Virus record (IMG/VR): IMGVR_UViG_3300045988_142509
Strand: one strand, 5' to 3'
Origin: a virus
DNA length: 49,561 nucleotides
The position numbers were made by a program, and so were the translations under genes. Positions 7,476 to 16,066 of this stretch are shown one piece after another; within the stretch, counting starts at the first letter, position 1, and every line of letters starts with the position of its first letter. The notes under the pieces were generated by a model that was not told the origin of the DNA, searched no databases, and saw nothing but the letters and a program-made list of their open reading frames with translations.

Positions 7476-7893
7476 TTATAAAAACGCTGAAGATTATGGG
7501 TATAAGCACAGAAACAGAGCTAAACAACTAATCTGTTTTGATTCTTTAGCACATATGACAAAGCGTGGTCTGCTTAGCCCCATTGACATTGACGGATTTT
7601 ATGAAGAAGATGAATTGTACATTTTTTACGAAGCAAAGTACAAGGATGCGCCAATGCCAAAAGGTCAAAGGTTAGCACTTGAACATGTGTGTGATTGCGT
7701 TACTCATGATGATTCAGTCGGAATCGTTATTTTGTGTCAACATGACTATGATGTAAATGAAGACGTAGACTTGGGAAATAGCATTGTTAGAAAGTATTAC
7801 TATAAAAAACAATGGTATGTTCCTAAAGATAAAATGACAACTAAAGAAATGACAACTTGGTTGTTAAATACAAAAAATTACAAAAAGTGTTGA
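7468..7893 (+). CDS. Hypothetical early protein
   Basis: 141 aa ORF translationally coupled to cro (overlap ATGGCTAG). No recognisable motif. Confidence 0.4.
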   Translation: MASYKNAEDYGYKHRNRAKQLICFDSLAHMTKRGLLSPIDIDGFYEEDELYIFYEAKYKDAPMPKGQRLALEHVCDCVTHDDSVGIVILCQHDYDVNEDVDLGNSIVRKYYYKKQWYVPKDKMTTKEMTTWLLNTKNYKKC

Positions 7894-7932
7894 CAAAGTA
7901 TATGCAACGCATATAATAAGAAGTGTAAAGAG
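7890..7932 (+). promoter_or_regulatory. Promoter cassette copy 1: TTGACA - 16 nt - TATAAT plus conserved leader AAGAAGTGTAAAGAG
   Basis: -35 at 7890-7895, -10 at 7912-7917, leader at 7918-7932. Near-identical cassettes at 18177 and 20699. Confidence 0.55.
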
Positions 7933-7965
7933 ACAGAAGTTAATAAACTTTTGGGAGGTAAAGAT

Positions 7966-8307
7966 ATGAACTTTTTTAATATTTTTGACACCGGAATTAA
8001 TTATGTGGTTCGCCCGAATACGGATGAAGAGTTAAAGGAGTATGTACTACCAATCACTTGTTATATGTATGATGAGTGTGTTGATAAGTATGGATTTGAC
8101 AGTATTGAAGTAGAAGTCCATGTAAGTGCCGAAGATGAAGATGATTTAGAATACGCATTTGAAAGCTCTTATCGTGGACGTGGATTTGCAAACTTTCTTA
8201 GTGATGCAAGGTACACAAGTAACGGAGAAAAAGTAAAGAATTGGAAAGAAATTCAATATGACGTTGCTGATTACGAGTTGAATATTGAGGATGCATACAC
8301 ATGCTAG
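7966..8307 (+). CDS. Hypothetical acidic protein
   Basis: RBS GGGAGGTAAAG before ATG 7966. The track start at 7951 lies inside the RBS. Confidence 0.45.
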   Translation: MNFFNIFDTGINYVVRPNTDEELKEYVLPITCYMYDECVDKYGFDSIEVEVHVSAEDEDDLEYAFESSYRGRGFANFLSDARYTSNGEKVKNWKEIQYDVADYELNIEDAYTC

Positions 8308-8501
8308 ATTATGATATCTTCTCGGTTTGTGAAAGAAACTTTGAAAAAAATGAAAAAATAGAACAAGAAAAAATCAAAGTGCAAATTGAGAAAAAAAGAA
8401 GAGAAGAAAGAAACAATTGGATTATGTTGATGGTAATGAGTTTCTTTCTAGGAGCGCTATTTATGCTTGGATACCAATTCATCCAAATTACACAAAGATA
8501 G
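8301..8501 (+). CDS. Small protein with lysine-rich N-terminus and C-terminal TM segment (uncertain)
   Basis: 66 aa. WIMLMVMSFFLGALFMLGY. Overlaps the start of the ERF gene frame. Confidence 0.25.
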   Translation: MLDYDIFSVCERNFEKNEKIEQEKIKVQIEKKRREERNNWIMLMVMSFFLGALFMLGYQFIQITQR

Positions 8502-8512
8502 GAGATAAAAAT

Positions 8513-9250
8513 ATGGAAAACGAAACAAAAAAATTTGAAGAAAAAATTGAAAAAATGAGTATTTACGAAAAACTTTCACACATTCAATGTGAATTGAAAG
8601 CTCCAAAAAACTTGTACAACAAGTTTGGAAAATACTATTACAGAAATGCCGAAACGATTTTGGAATCGGCAAAGCCTATCTGTCAAAAGTATCATACAAG
8701 TTTGATTGTAAATGATGAAATCGTCTTTGTAGAGGGAAGATTTTATGTAAAAGCTATTGCAAAACTTTGTGATTGGAAAGGCTACAGTATTTCTGCTTCT
8801 GCTTATGCTAGAGAAGAAGAAAAGAAAACAGGTATGGATGGTTCTCAACTCACGGGTTCATGTAGTTCATACGCTCGTAAATATGCATTGAATGGGTTGT
8901 TTAACATTGACGATACAAAAGATGCTGATACGGATGAACAGTATGAAGAAAACAATGCTAGAACTAATAGCCAAACAAAAGTAACTAAGCGACAAAAAAA
9001 GGTTGCACAATCGCAAGATGACCCAAAAGCTATTGAGGGATTGTTTACAATTATTGCAAAACAACAATCTGAATTGATGGGCATTGGAGTTGATTTTAGA
9101 GAAGACAAAAATGTCATTGATTTTGTAAAAGAAAAAGCTAAAGTTGAAACTTTAAATTTGGGTGAAACAAATTATTGGAACTATGACAACTTAACACGTT
9201 TGAAAAATGTGTATGGTGCGATTTTATTAAAGAAAGGTAAAGGTATGTAA
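8513..9250 (+). CDS. erf: ERF-family single-strand annealing protein (recombinase)
   Basis: Motifs KFGKYYYRNAETILESAKP, GRFYVKA, KKTGMDGSQLTGSCSSYARKYALNGLFNIDDTKD typical of Erf. RBS GGAGATAAAA before ATG 8513. Confidence 0.7.
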   Translation: MENETKKFEEKIEKMSIYEKLSHIQCELKAPKNLYNKFGKYYYRNAETILESAKPICQKYHTSLIVNDEIVFVEGRFYVKAIAKLCDWKGYSISASAYAREEEKKTGMDGSQLTGSCSSYARKYALNGLFNIDDTKDADTDEQYEENNARTNSQTKVTKRQKKVAQSQDDPKAIEGLFTIIAKQQSELMGIGVDFREDKNVIDFVKEKAKVETLNLGETNYWNYDNLTRLKNVYGAILLKKGKGM

Positions 9251-9252
9251 AA

Positions 9253-9573
9253 ATGGCAAACTTAGTAAAAAAAGAAAATAACCAATTATTGATTCAGCAA
9301 GAAGTGGTAGAAAAGCTGAAAGAATTCAAACGTCAAAAGAGCGAAATAAAAAAATATGAAGACGATTTAAAAGCAGCACTTATCAAAGCAATGAAAGAAA
9401 GTGGTGTTAAATCGTTTGAAAATGATGACATCAAAATTTCGTATATCGAGCCAACCGTTCGCTATAAGGACGATGTAGATATCTCTAAACTTAAATCGGA
9501 TGGATTATACAGCTGTTATTGCACTGAAACAGAAATTCCGGTCAAAGAAAGTGTAAGGATTACAGTGCGATAA
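9253..9573 (+). CDS. Hypothetical protein (coiled-coil N-terminus)
   Basis: 106 aa ORF abutting erf and the next gene. Confidence 0.4.
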   Translation: MANLVKKENNQLLIQQEVVEKLKEFKRQKSEIKKYEDDLKAALIKAMKESGVKSFENDDIKISYIEPTVRYKDDVDISKLKSDGLYSCYCTETEIPVKESVRITVR

Positions 9574-10253
9574 TGCCAAAGCTATATAAACGAGGCAATG
9601 CTTATGTTTTAAACGGACTACAAATTAAAATGAGTGATTCTCTTCTATTGGACAGTGGAGAATCGCTTGAAGTAGACGTTAACATTGTTGATAAAAGGCA
9701 CATAACACAAAATCAACGTAAGTTTATTTTTCTATTATGTAAAGATTTGTCTGATTATACAGGAGAAAATAAGGAACTTATTCGAGCTACTGTGCAAAAA
9801 TCCTATGAAGACACAAAGAAAATATGTCACACATCTTTGATGGACTATAGTGAAACAGAAGCTTCTGAATTGATTGATTGTATTATCGAGTTCGGCATAA
9901 GAATTGGTTGTCCAAATGTTGCTCGCTGTTTGGAAAACGGATACACATTCAGCGAAAAACAAACGTATTCTATGATATTGTCTAGGACCTGTTGTATTTG
10001 CGGAAGAGCAGGAGCAGACATACACCACTATGACCAAATTGGTACTAAAGGAAACCGAGAAAAAATTAGTCATATCGGGCTTAGGGTTCTTCCGCTATGT
10101 AGATATCATCATACTTTATTTCACAACATTGGTAAGTTGGAGTGGGATAAAAAATTTCACACGACACCATGCAAGGTTGATGAAAAAATCGAGTGGTTTA
10201 TAAAAAAAGGAGTTTTAAAAGAATTTGACGAAGATATTGAAGATAACAATTAA
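9573..10253 (+). CDS. HNH-motif nuclease-like protein
   Basis: CCICGRAGADIHHYDQIG...ISHIGLRVLPLCRYHHTLFHNIG gives a CxxC..HH..H..C..HH pattern. Confidence 0.45.
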   Translation: MPKLYKRGNAYVLNGLQIKMSDSLLLDSGESLEVDVNIVDKRHITQNQRKFIFLLCKDLSDYTGENKELIRATVQKSYEDTKKICHTSLMDYSETEASELIDCIIEFGIRIGCPNVARCLENGYTFSEKQTYSMILSRTCCICGRAGADIHHYDQIGTKGNREKISHIGLRVLPLCRYHHTLFHNIGKLEWDKKFHTTPCKVDEKIEWFIKKGVLKEFDEDIEDNN

Positions 10254-10626
10254 TGGTAATCCTGTAACCAAAAAAAACAGTCAAGAAATACGTTTTAAGA
10301 ATTGGCGAAAGCGTACAGGTCCATTTATCGTTCCTAGCGCCATTTATAGAGCGTATGAGATAGATTTTTGCGAACAATGTATAAATAGTCATGTTGTACC
10401 AAACGAGCCTATAAACGAGCCTATAGAGGTCACATGTCTATACTACAGAAAGACACGTATTAGATGTGACCTAACGAATCTTTTGGAATGTACAGATGAT
10501 TGCTTGGTAAAAGCTAACATCATTAAAGATGATAACTTTAAAATAATTGTCAGTCACGATGGAAGCAGAGTACTTTTTGATAAAGAAAACCCACGAGTTG
10601 AAATAGTCATAAAATTATTAAATTAA
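10225..10626 (+). CDS. rusA: RusA-family Holliday-junction resolvase
   Basis: ITINGNPVTKKN (G.P..K.R) and a C-terminal DLTNLLECTDDCLVKANIIKDD acidic catalytic motif. Exact start uncertain because of overlap. Confidence 0.6.
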   Translation: MTKILKITINGNPVTKKNSQEIRFKNWRKRTGPFIVPSAIYRAYEIDFCEQCINSHVVPNEPINEPIEVTCLYYRKTRIRCDLTNLLECTDDCLVKANIIKDDNFKIIVSHDGSRVLFDKENPRVEIVIKLLN

Positions 10627-10628
10627 AT

Positions 10629-10657
10629 GTTGCATATGGTACACAAATATTGTAGAA
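10629..10657 (+). promoter_or_regulatory. Promoter TTGCAT - 17 nt - TAGAAT with operator-like GGTACACAAAT in the spacer (same layout as the cro promoter)
   Basis: -35 at 10629-10634, -10 at 10652-10657, motif at 10638-10648. Upstream of the replisome organizer. Confidence 0.45.
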
Positions 10658-10678
10658 TAAAAGCACAAGGAGAATAGC

Positions 10679-11440
10679 ATGTCAGTGATTAGAGTAAATA
10701 ACACTAAAGGATTTACAGTGATGAGCAATTATCACTTTCAAGATAAAGGAATCTCACTAAAAGCAAAAGGACTTCTTGGTTTGATGCTTTCTTTACCTAG
10801 CAATTGGGATTATTCGATAAACGGATTAGTTGCGATTGTAAAGGAAAATAAAGCAGCAGTTCAATCCGCACTTAAAGAACTTGAAGAACATAAGTATTTA
10901 AAACGTACAAGAGTTCAAGACGAAACAGGAAGATTCGATTACGTCTACGATATTTATGAGAAACCGTATGGCAAATTACCGTGGACGGAAAATCGGTGCA
11001 CGGAAGTTCGGTGCACGGAAAATCAGCCACAAATAAATACTAATAAACAAAATACTAAAGAATTAAATACTAATAAAGAAAAAACTATAAAAAAAGAAAG
11101 TATTGATTCAGTTATCCACAATTACACAGACAGTGAAGAACTAGTTAGTGCTTTGTTGGATTTTAAAGAAATGCGTAAAGCACTGAAAAAACCGCTAACG
11201 CCAAGAGCAATGAAACAATGCTTAAAAAAACTTGATGGATTAAATGAAGAGTCCAAGGTTAAAGTAGTGCTTCAATCGGTAGAACATGGATGGCTGACAT
11301 TTTATGAATTGAAAGATATAAAGTCGTTTACTAAAAACGGAACAACAGTTCCGCAATGGTACACAAAAACCGAACAACATGCAGCTAGTGATGAATTGAA
11401 AGATGAAGTAGAAGATATGCTTAGAAATCTAGGAGGTTAA
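10679..11440 (+). CDS. Replisome organizer / DnaD-like replication initiator with ori iterons in the inter-domain linker
   Basis: N-terminal winged-helix-like FTVMSNYHFQDKGISLKAKGLLGLMLSLPSNWDYSINGL. Low-complexity linker TENRCTEVRCTENQPQINTNKQNTKELNTNKEK encoded by the iterons. C-terminus LTPRAMKQCLKKL...SVEHGWL. RBS AAGGAGAA. Confidence 0.65.
   Translation: MSVIRVNNTKGFTVMSNYHFQDKGISLKAKGLLGLMLSLPSNWDYSINGLVAIVKENKAAVQSALKELEEHKYLKRTRVQDETGRFDYVYDIYEKPYGKLPWTENRCTEVRCTENQPQINTNKQNTKELNTNKEKTIKKESIDSVIHNYTDSEELVSALLDFKEMRKALKKPLTPRAMKQCLKKLDGLNEESKVKVVLQSVEHGWLTFYELKDIKSFTKNGTTVPQWYTKTEQHAASDELKDEVEDMLRNLGG
10954..11058. repeat. Putative phage origin: three 15-bp iterons (10985-11028) plus AT-rich AATACTAATAAA repeats, inside the rep ORF
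   Basis: ACGGAAAATCGGTGC / ACGGAAGTTCGGTGC / ACGGAAAATCAGCC. An inverted duplicate lies at 3443-3546. Confidence 0.6.
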
Positions 11441-11444
11441 AAGC

Positions 11445-11726
11445 ATGATATTAAAAGATTTATTGCCATGTATGGATTATCACAGTGTAAGCATTTATGC
11501 AGATAAAAAACAAGATAGAATTTTTATTGGAACTATTCATTTGAAAAATTATAAAATGTTTGTCAATGAAAACATTTTACAGAGTGAAGTTGTTTCAATT
11601 CTTGATGGAGAAATTACAATTGATATTAAACAAAGAGTCCAAAGTCAAAGCGGTTTAGATACAGAAAACCATTCGGATATCGAAAAAACTAAAGTGTGCT
11701 ATGGTAAATGTCAAAGTGTTGTGTAA
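11445..11726 (+). CDS. Hypothetical protein
   Basis: 93 aa ORF. RBS GGAGG. Confidence 0.4.
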   Translation: MILKDLLPCMDYHSVSIYADKKQDRIFIGTIHLKNYKMFVNENILQSEVVSILDGEITIDIKQRVQSQSGLDTENHSDIEKTKVCYGKCQSVV

Positions 11727-11812
11727 AGCGTCAAAGTACTATAGCAAGAAAAGTGATAAGGATATAGCAATGATAGAACGACTAGTTAACAAAGAAATTA
11801 AAAAGGTGGAAA

Positions 11813-12067
11813 ATGGTAGATATTAAAACGTTTAGACAGTTTTTAAAAGAATATGGTACGAAAATTAAACCAATCCACAAGATGCCAGTGTCAAAGTGGA
11901 CCAAGCTTAGCAATGGCTTATGGGTAACACCATTTAAGCGTTTCGGAATGGCTGAGCTTGATGAGCTTTGCGTTTGCATTACTGACAATACAAGTGAAAC
12001 CTTTTTGGATGAAATGATTAAAAAATATCGTGTAGAGAAAGGAAAGATGGTAGAAAATGAAAGGTAG
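11813..12067 (+). CDS. Hypothetical protein
   Basis: 84 aa ORF. RBS AAAAGGTGGAAA. Confidence 0.4.
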   Translation: MVDIKTFRQFLKEYGTKIKPIHKMPVSKWTKLSNGLWVTPFKRFGMAELDELCVCITDNTSETFLDEMIKKYRVEKGKMVENER

Positions 12068-12692
12068 AGAAATGTTTGAGGAATTAGGTTTTAAATTATC
12101 AACAACGAATGAATGGCAATCTACATTCTTACATGCAGATAACAAGGGTCAATTGTTTGTAGGTTTTCATAACACTGATAAATCTGTGACAGTGGATTAT
12201 TTCGTTCAACGTGGTGGTCCTATTCAAGAACGCAATCAGTCAAAGCTTTCAATGAATTTGTTAAGTGCAATTTATAAATATTGCAAAGAATTAGGATGGA
12301 TTGAAGAAGAAAAGAAAGAAATAAAACAAGAAACAAATTTAGACCATTACAAAGATGATATAGCAGAACTCTTTATTGATAAATTAGCTCTAGTTGATGG
12401 AAAGCCTGAAAGATGCAAGCGCGTAATAATTTGCGACAATTGTGATTTATATGAAAAATGCAATGAATATAAGGCTCAAGAGGAATTGAGAAAGTGGCTT
12501 AAACAACCATACAAAAAGCCAGCATGCAAATTAACTCAGTTTGAATATGATTTGTTACAAAACTACAATGGTAGATTAAGGTTTATAAATATGAATACTT
12601 TATACTGTATGAAAGAAAAAGGGTATTTTAAAGGAATTGATGAGAATGAAACAGTTGGAGATATTCTAGCAAATTGTGAGGTAATAAAATAA
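12057..12692 (+). CDS. Paralog family member A: module 1 (MFEELG..ELGWI) fused to module 2 (Cys-rich, ..TQFEYDL..KGYF..DILANCEVI)
   Basis: Alignable with 12910-13107 and 13609-13854 (module 1) and 13098-13625 (module 2). Shares the 26-bp DNA identity GATATTCTAGCAAATTGTGAGGTAAT. Confidence 0.5.
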   Translation: MKGREMFEELGFKLSTTNEWQSTFLHADNKGQLFVGFHNTDKSVTVDYFVQRGGPIQERNQSKLSMNLLSAIYKYCKELGWIEEEKKEIKQETNLDHYKDDIAELFIDKLALVDGKPERCKRVIICDNCDLYEKCNEYKAQEELRKWLKQPYKKPACKLTQFEYDLLQNYNGRLRFINMNTLYCMKEKGYFKGIDENETVGDILANCEVIK

Positions 12693-12734
12693 TGCGTAAA
12701 GCTAGATTAATTTATTTAACTGAGGAGCAAGAAA

Positions 12735-12932
12735 ATGAAAAATAAGCACGCAGATAGATGGGAAGAATTACGCCAAAAAAATTCACTTCTAGCAAGAGAA
12801 TATTTAAGTATTTACACTACTATGGAGATAGCTCAAAAGCATTTTATTAATTTTAAAAAAGAGTGTGAAAAGTGGCTAGATAACATTTATAAGTATGGAG
12901 TGAAAGAAAATGAAAGCAGAAGAAATGTTTGA
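12735..12932 (+). CDS. Hypothetical small protein
   Basis: 65 aa. RBS GAGGAG. Confidence 0.4.
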   Translation: MKNKHADRWEELRQKNSLLAREYLSIYTTMEIAQKHFINFKKECEKWLDNIYKYGVKENESRRNV

Positions 12933-13107
12933 AGAGTGTGGTTATATAAAAAAAGAAAATGCATACGCAATTGAGTACTCCCGTTCTAGTGAAGACTATA
13001 TTTATTTTTATAAAGGAAAAAAAATAATCGGAATTGGCGATTACACAATAAAAGTGAATATACTTGTAGCGATTAATAAGCAGTGTGAAGAGTTAGGGTG
13101 GATTTAA
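12910..13107 (+). CDS. Paralog family: stand-alone module 1
   Basis: MKAEEMFEECGY...INKQCEELGWI parallels the N-terminus of 12057. Confidence 0.45.
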   Translation: MKAEEMFEECGYIKKENAYAIEYSRSSEDYIYFYKGKKIIGIGDYTIKVNILVAINKQCEELGWI

Positions 13108-13625
13108 TGGCAACAAAAGAAAATTATGAAAATGCAATAATGAGAATGTACAATTTTAGTATATCATCAGACTATCCAGCGGAAATAAAAGAACAATTTT
13201 ATCAAGATTTGGATTTTGTAGCTAAATTAGTGGATGAGCATTTTGAAGAAAAGAAAGAAACAAATTTAGAACATTATTATGATGATTTGTTAAAAGAAGG
13301 ATTCATTGATTTTGGCGTTGTGAATGGAAAAATTGAGTCGTGTCCATTTATATCATGTGAAGAATGTGAATTTGAAAGTGGCAATTGTAACAAAGATAGA
13401 ATCACATGGTTGACAAGTAAATGCAAAAATAGGAAACACAAATTTACACAATTTGAATATGACTTAATAGATACATACAGAGGTAGTAGAGAAATATGTA
13501 AATTTCATAATTGTTATCAATTAAGAAGATTGAAAAAAAAAGGATATTTCAATGATGTAGATAAAAACGAATCAATTAAAGATATTCTAGCAAATTGTGA
13601 GGTAATCAATGATGGAAACTGCTAG
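13098..13625 (+). CDS. Paralog family: module 2 (Cys-rich) with a novel N-terminus
   Basis: ETNLEHYYDDLL..C..C..C..KFTQFEYDLIDTY..KGYFNDVDKNESIKDILANCEVI parallels the C-terminal half of 12057. Confidence 0.5.
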   Translation: MDLMATKENYENAIMRMYNFSISSDYPAEIKEQFYQDLDFVAKLVDEHFEEKKETNLEHYYDDLLKEGFIDFGVVNGKIESCPFISCEECEFESGNCNKDRITWLTSKCKNRKHKFTQFEYDLIDTYRGSREICKFHNCYQLRRLKKKGYFNDVDKNESIKDILANCEVINDGNC

Positions 13626-13854
13626 AGAAATGTTTAACAAATTAGGATATACAAGAAAATTAGATTCAGAAAAATTAATATATACCAAAATACTAAAATA
13701 TACATTTAATTATTGTTTTGAAATCACGTTTGATTTACTAAAAAAAGAAGTTGAATTTTTTGATGACTTTGAAGATTATACGATAAATAATGCTTTGTTA
13801 AAAGCTATATATAAACAAGCAAAAGAATTAGGTTGGCTAAGTGTGACTCTATGA
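13609..13854 (+). CDS. Paralog family: stand-alone module 1 (third copy)
   Basis: MMETAREMFNKLGY...IYKQAKELGWL. Confidence 0.45.
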   Translation: MMETAREMFNKLGYTRKLDSEKLIYTKILKYTFNYCFEITFDLLKKEVEFFDDFEDYTINNALLKAIYKQAKELGWLSVTL

Positions 13855-13911
13855 ATTAAAAAGCACACGGAAAGATGGGAAGAATAGCACAAATGAGGAG
13901 GATGATTTTTA

Positions 13912-14274
13912 ATGGGAGATTTTGTTCAAATGTCACTAGAAAGATATGATTCGTTAAAGGTTAGTAACGATAGCTTAAAAAGACAGCAAATAGCACAACA
14001 AGAAACATATAGTAATTATGTTGCACAAACCCAAAAAGAAATAAATTATTTGAAAGAAAAAATAGAGCAGTATAAGCAATACATTTTAGGACGTAATTGT
14101 ACATTGTTAAATGTTAATGATTATTCACTAGAATACTATTTGAATATAAATTCATGGAATTATGCAATTAATTACAAAGATGACTTATTAAAGCTAGGCT
14201 TTACAAAACAAGAAATGGATGAGTTTATATCCAATGAATATAAAAAAGCAGTAAAAGAGAAAGAATTGCAGTAG
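13912..14274 (+). CDS. Hypothetical coiled-coil protein
   Basis: 120 aa. RBS GAGGAGGA. Confidence 0.4.
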   Translation: MGDFVQMSLERYDSLKVSNDSLKRQQIAQQETYSNYVAQTQKEINYLKEKIEQYKQYILGRNCTLLNVNDYSLEYYLNINSWNYAINYKDDLLKLGFTKQEMDEFISNEYKKAVKEKELQ

Positions 14275-14309
14275 AAACAAGCACATTATTTTAGAAAGAG
14301 GAAAGAACC

Positions 14310-14480
14310 ATGACAACATATTATTTTAACGCAGAAGCAATTGCATACATTAAAGGCAAAGTAAAAGCAGATTCTAAAGAACAGGCTAAGCGAAAAGTAA
14401 GATATGGAGAGTATGATTTGCTATCAACTCAACTTAGTGGAATGTGCAGTGACGTTGAAATTACGAAAATAGAAGATTAA
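14310..14480 (+). CDS. Hypothetical small protein (56 aa; not in ORF track)
   Basis: ATG 14310 preceded by AGAGGAAAG. MTTYYFNAEAIAYIKGK...EITKIED. Fills the gap before 14496. Confidence 0.35.
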   Translation: MTTYYFNAEAIAYIKGKVKADSKEQAKRKVRYGEYDLLSTQLSGMCSDVEITKIED

Positions 14481-14495
14481 GGAGGGAAAAGAAAT

Positions 14496-14876
14496 ATGAG
14501 TGGTGGAAGTCATAACTATATATCAAGTACGATAAACGGTGCATTGTTTGGATATTATATAAGCTCTCATTACGAAAATGTTTGTGATGCGGAAAATGCT
14601 AGAATTGCAAGAAACTTGAATCCGATGCATGATAGAGAACTATCTGAACTCATGGCAGATGTAATATGCTTGCTATATGGCTTGGAATGGTTAGATTCAT
14701 GTGATATCGGAGAAGAAACATATAAAGAGTGTGTGAACAAATTCAAGGCAAAGTGGATGCATAGAAAAGAAAATGATAGATTGAATAGCTATGCAGAAGA
14801 TTTAAAAATCTATTATGAAGAATTAGTGGAAGAATTAAAAAGCTATTATGAAGAATTAGTGGAAGAATTAAAATGA
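14496..14876 (+). CDS. Hypothetical protein with C-terminal tandem repeat YYEELVEELK x2
   Basis: 31-bp direct DNA repeat at 14810-14875. RBS AAGGAGGGAAAAG. Confidence 0.4.
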   Translation: MSGGSHNYISSTINGALFGYYISSHYENVCDAENARIARNLNPMHDRELSELMADVICLLYGLEWLDSCDIGEETYKECVNKFKAKWMHRKENDRLNSYAEDLKIYYEELVEELKSYYEELVEELK

Positions 14877-14882
14877 AATAAA

Positions 14883-15134
14883 ATGCTAAATACAAATATT
14901 AATCAAAAATCAGAATTTCATTCTGTAAGTGGTTTGATGTGTAAATCACATCCAAAATCTATTATTTGTAAAACAAAAGAAAATCCTTACTTGTTAGATA
15001 TGGATAATCCAAGGACAACTAACGAATATGGTACAGAAGTTGTTGTTCTACAAGCAATGATTTTGGAAAATGGATTTTTAATTGAATATGTTCCAAAGAG
15101 TGTATATGAGGAGGGTTTAAATGAACAAAATTGA
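14883..15134 (+). CDS. Hypothetical protein
   Basis: 83 aa ORF. Confidence 0.35.
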   Translation: MLNTNINQKSEFHSVSGLMCKSHPKSIICKTKENPYLLDMDNPRTTNEYGTEVVVLQAMILENGFLIEYVPKSVYEEGLNEQN

Positions 15135-15363
15135 TGAATTAATCTGCACATATCAAGGACGAATCGAAACAGAAACCAAACTTATAAATATTGAATTTAA
15201 AGAAATGAAAAAAATACTGAATCGAGATATTCTTTTTGAAACAGAAGATACAGCAGATAAATGCATTCATTTATCTAAACAGATTTATAAAAGAGGAAAC
15301 CACATTATAATTATGGAACATTTTATGAATGAATTGAAATCGTTAAAGGAGAAAGAAAAATGA
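15121..15363 (+). CDS. Hypothetical protein
   Basis: 80 aa ORF. RBS GAGGAGGG. Confidence 0.4.
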   Translation: MNKIDELICTYQGRIETETKLINIEFKEMKKILNRDILFETEDTADKCIHLSKQIYKRGNHIIIMEHFMNELKSLKEKEK

Positions 15364-15758
15364 TAGATGAAAAAGTATTGCTTCAATCTAGACCAGAAGC
15401 ATTGAACGATAAAATGAATATGGATTTACAGAATCAAAAAGGTGGGTACAACAATGGATGGAATGATTGTTTATTCACGTTTATTGACATTATTAAAAAG
15501 CAGCCAAAAGTCGGTGAATTAATTCAAAGCAATCCAACAACAAATGAAAGAATTGGGGTGGATTTAAGGAACTGTATGAAAAATAGTGATATAGAAGTGG
15601 ATATGACATACACACAAGCTTTTGAAAAGATAAAAATGCTTTTAAAAGAAAAGTGCATGGATACGATGTTTTTTGGAAATGGAACATATTGTGCTATCGG
15701 ACTAGTGGAAAAGGCTTGTATGATGGAAGATGAAAGGAATAAAGATGAAAGCGATTAA
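15360..15758 (+). CDS. Hypothetical protein
   Basis: 132 aa ORF. RBS AAGGAGAAAG. Confidence 0.4.
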   Translation: MIDEKVLLQSRPEALNDKMNMDLQNQKGGYNNGWNDCLFTFIDIIKKQPKVGELIQSNPTTNERIGVDLRNCMKNSDIEVDMTYTQAFEKIKMLLKEKCMDTMFFGNGTYCAIGLVEKACMMEDERNKDESD

Positions 15759-15864
15759 AGATATAGCTTTAGTGGTATTGATTTTAGCAAGTTGTTATAT
15801 GTGTCATGAATGGGCTTGGCAATATGGGCTATTGATGATACCGGGTTTCTTGTTTTTTGAATAG
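15745..15864 (+). CDS. Small hydrophobic membrane peptide (39 aa; not in ORF track)
   Basis: MKAIKDIALVVLILASCYMCHEWAWQYGLLMIPGFLFFE. RBS AAGGAATAAAG. Confidence 0.3.
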   Translation: MKAIKDIALVVLILASCYMCHEWAWQYGLLMIPGFLFFE

Positions 15865-16066
15865 ATATATGATTAGTATTAATTTAATTTATATAGTTGT
15901 AATTGGCTTTATAATCGTTTTCACGATTATTTGCTTAATAGTAGATAAAGTATGCTATAAAACAACATATATGGAAACCGAAGAACATGCTAGAAACGCA
16001 CGAATTAGGCAAGAAAGAATTAGTCGAAAGCAAAGTAAGGAAGTAGAAAATGACGAATGGATTTAA
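15857..16066 (+). CDS. Small membrane protein
   Basis: 69 aa. TM segment LIYIVVIGFIIVFTIICLIV followed by a charged tail. Confidence 0.35.
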   Translation: MNRYMISINLIYIVVIGFIIVFTIICLIVDKVCYKTTYMETEEHARNARIRQERISRKQSKEVENDEWI

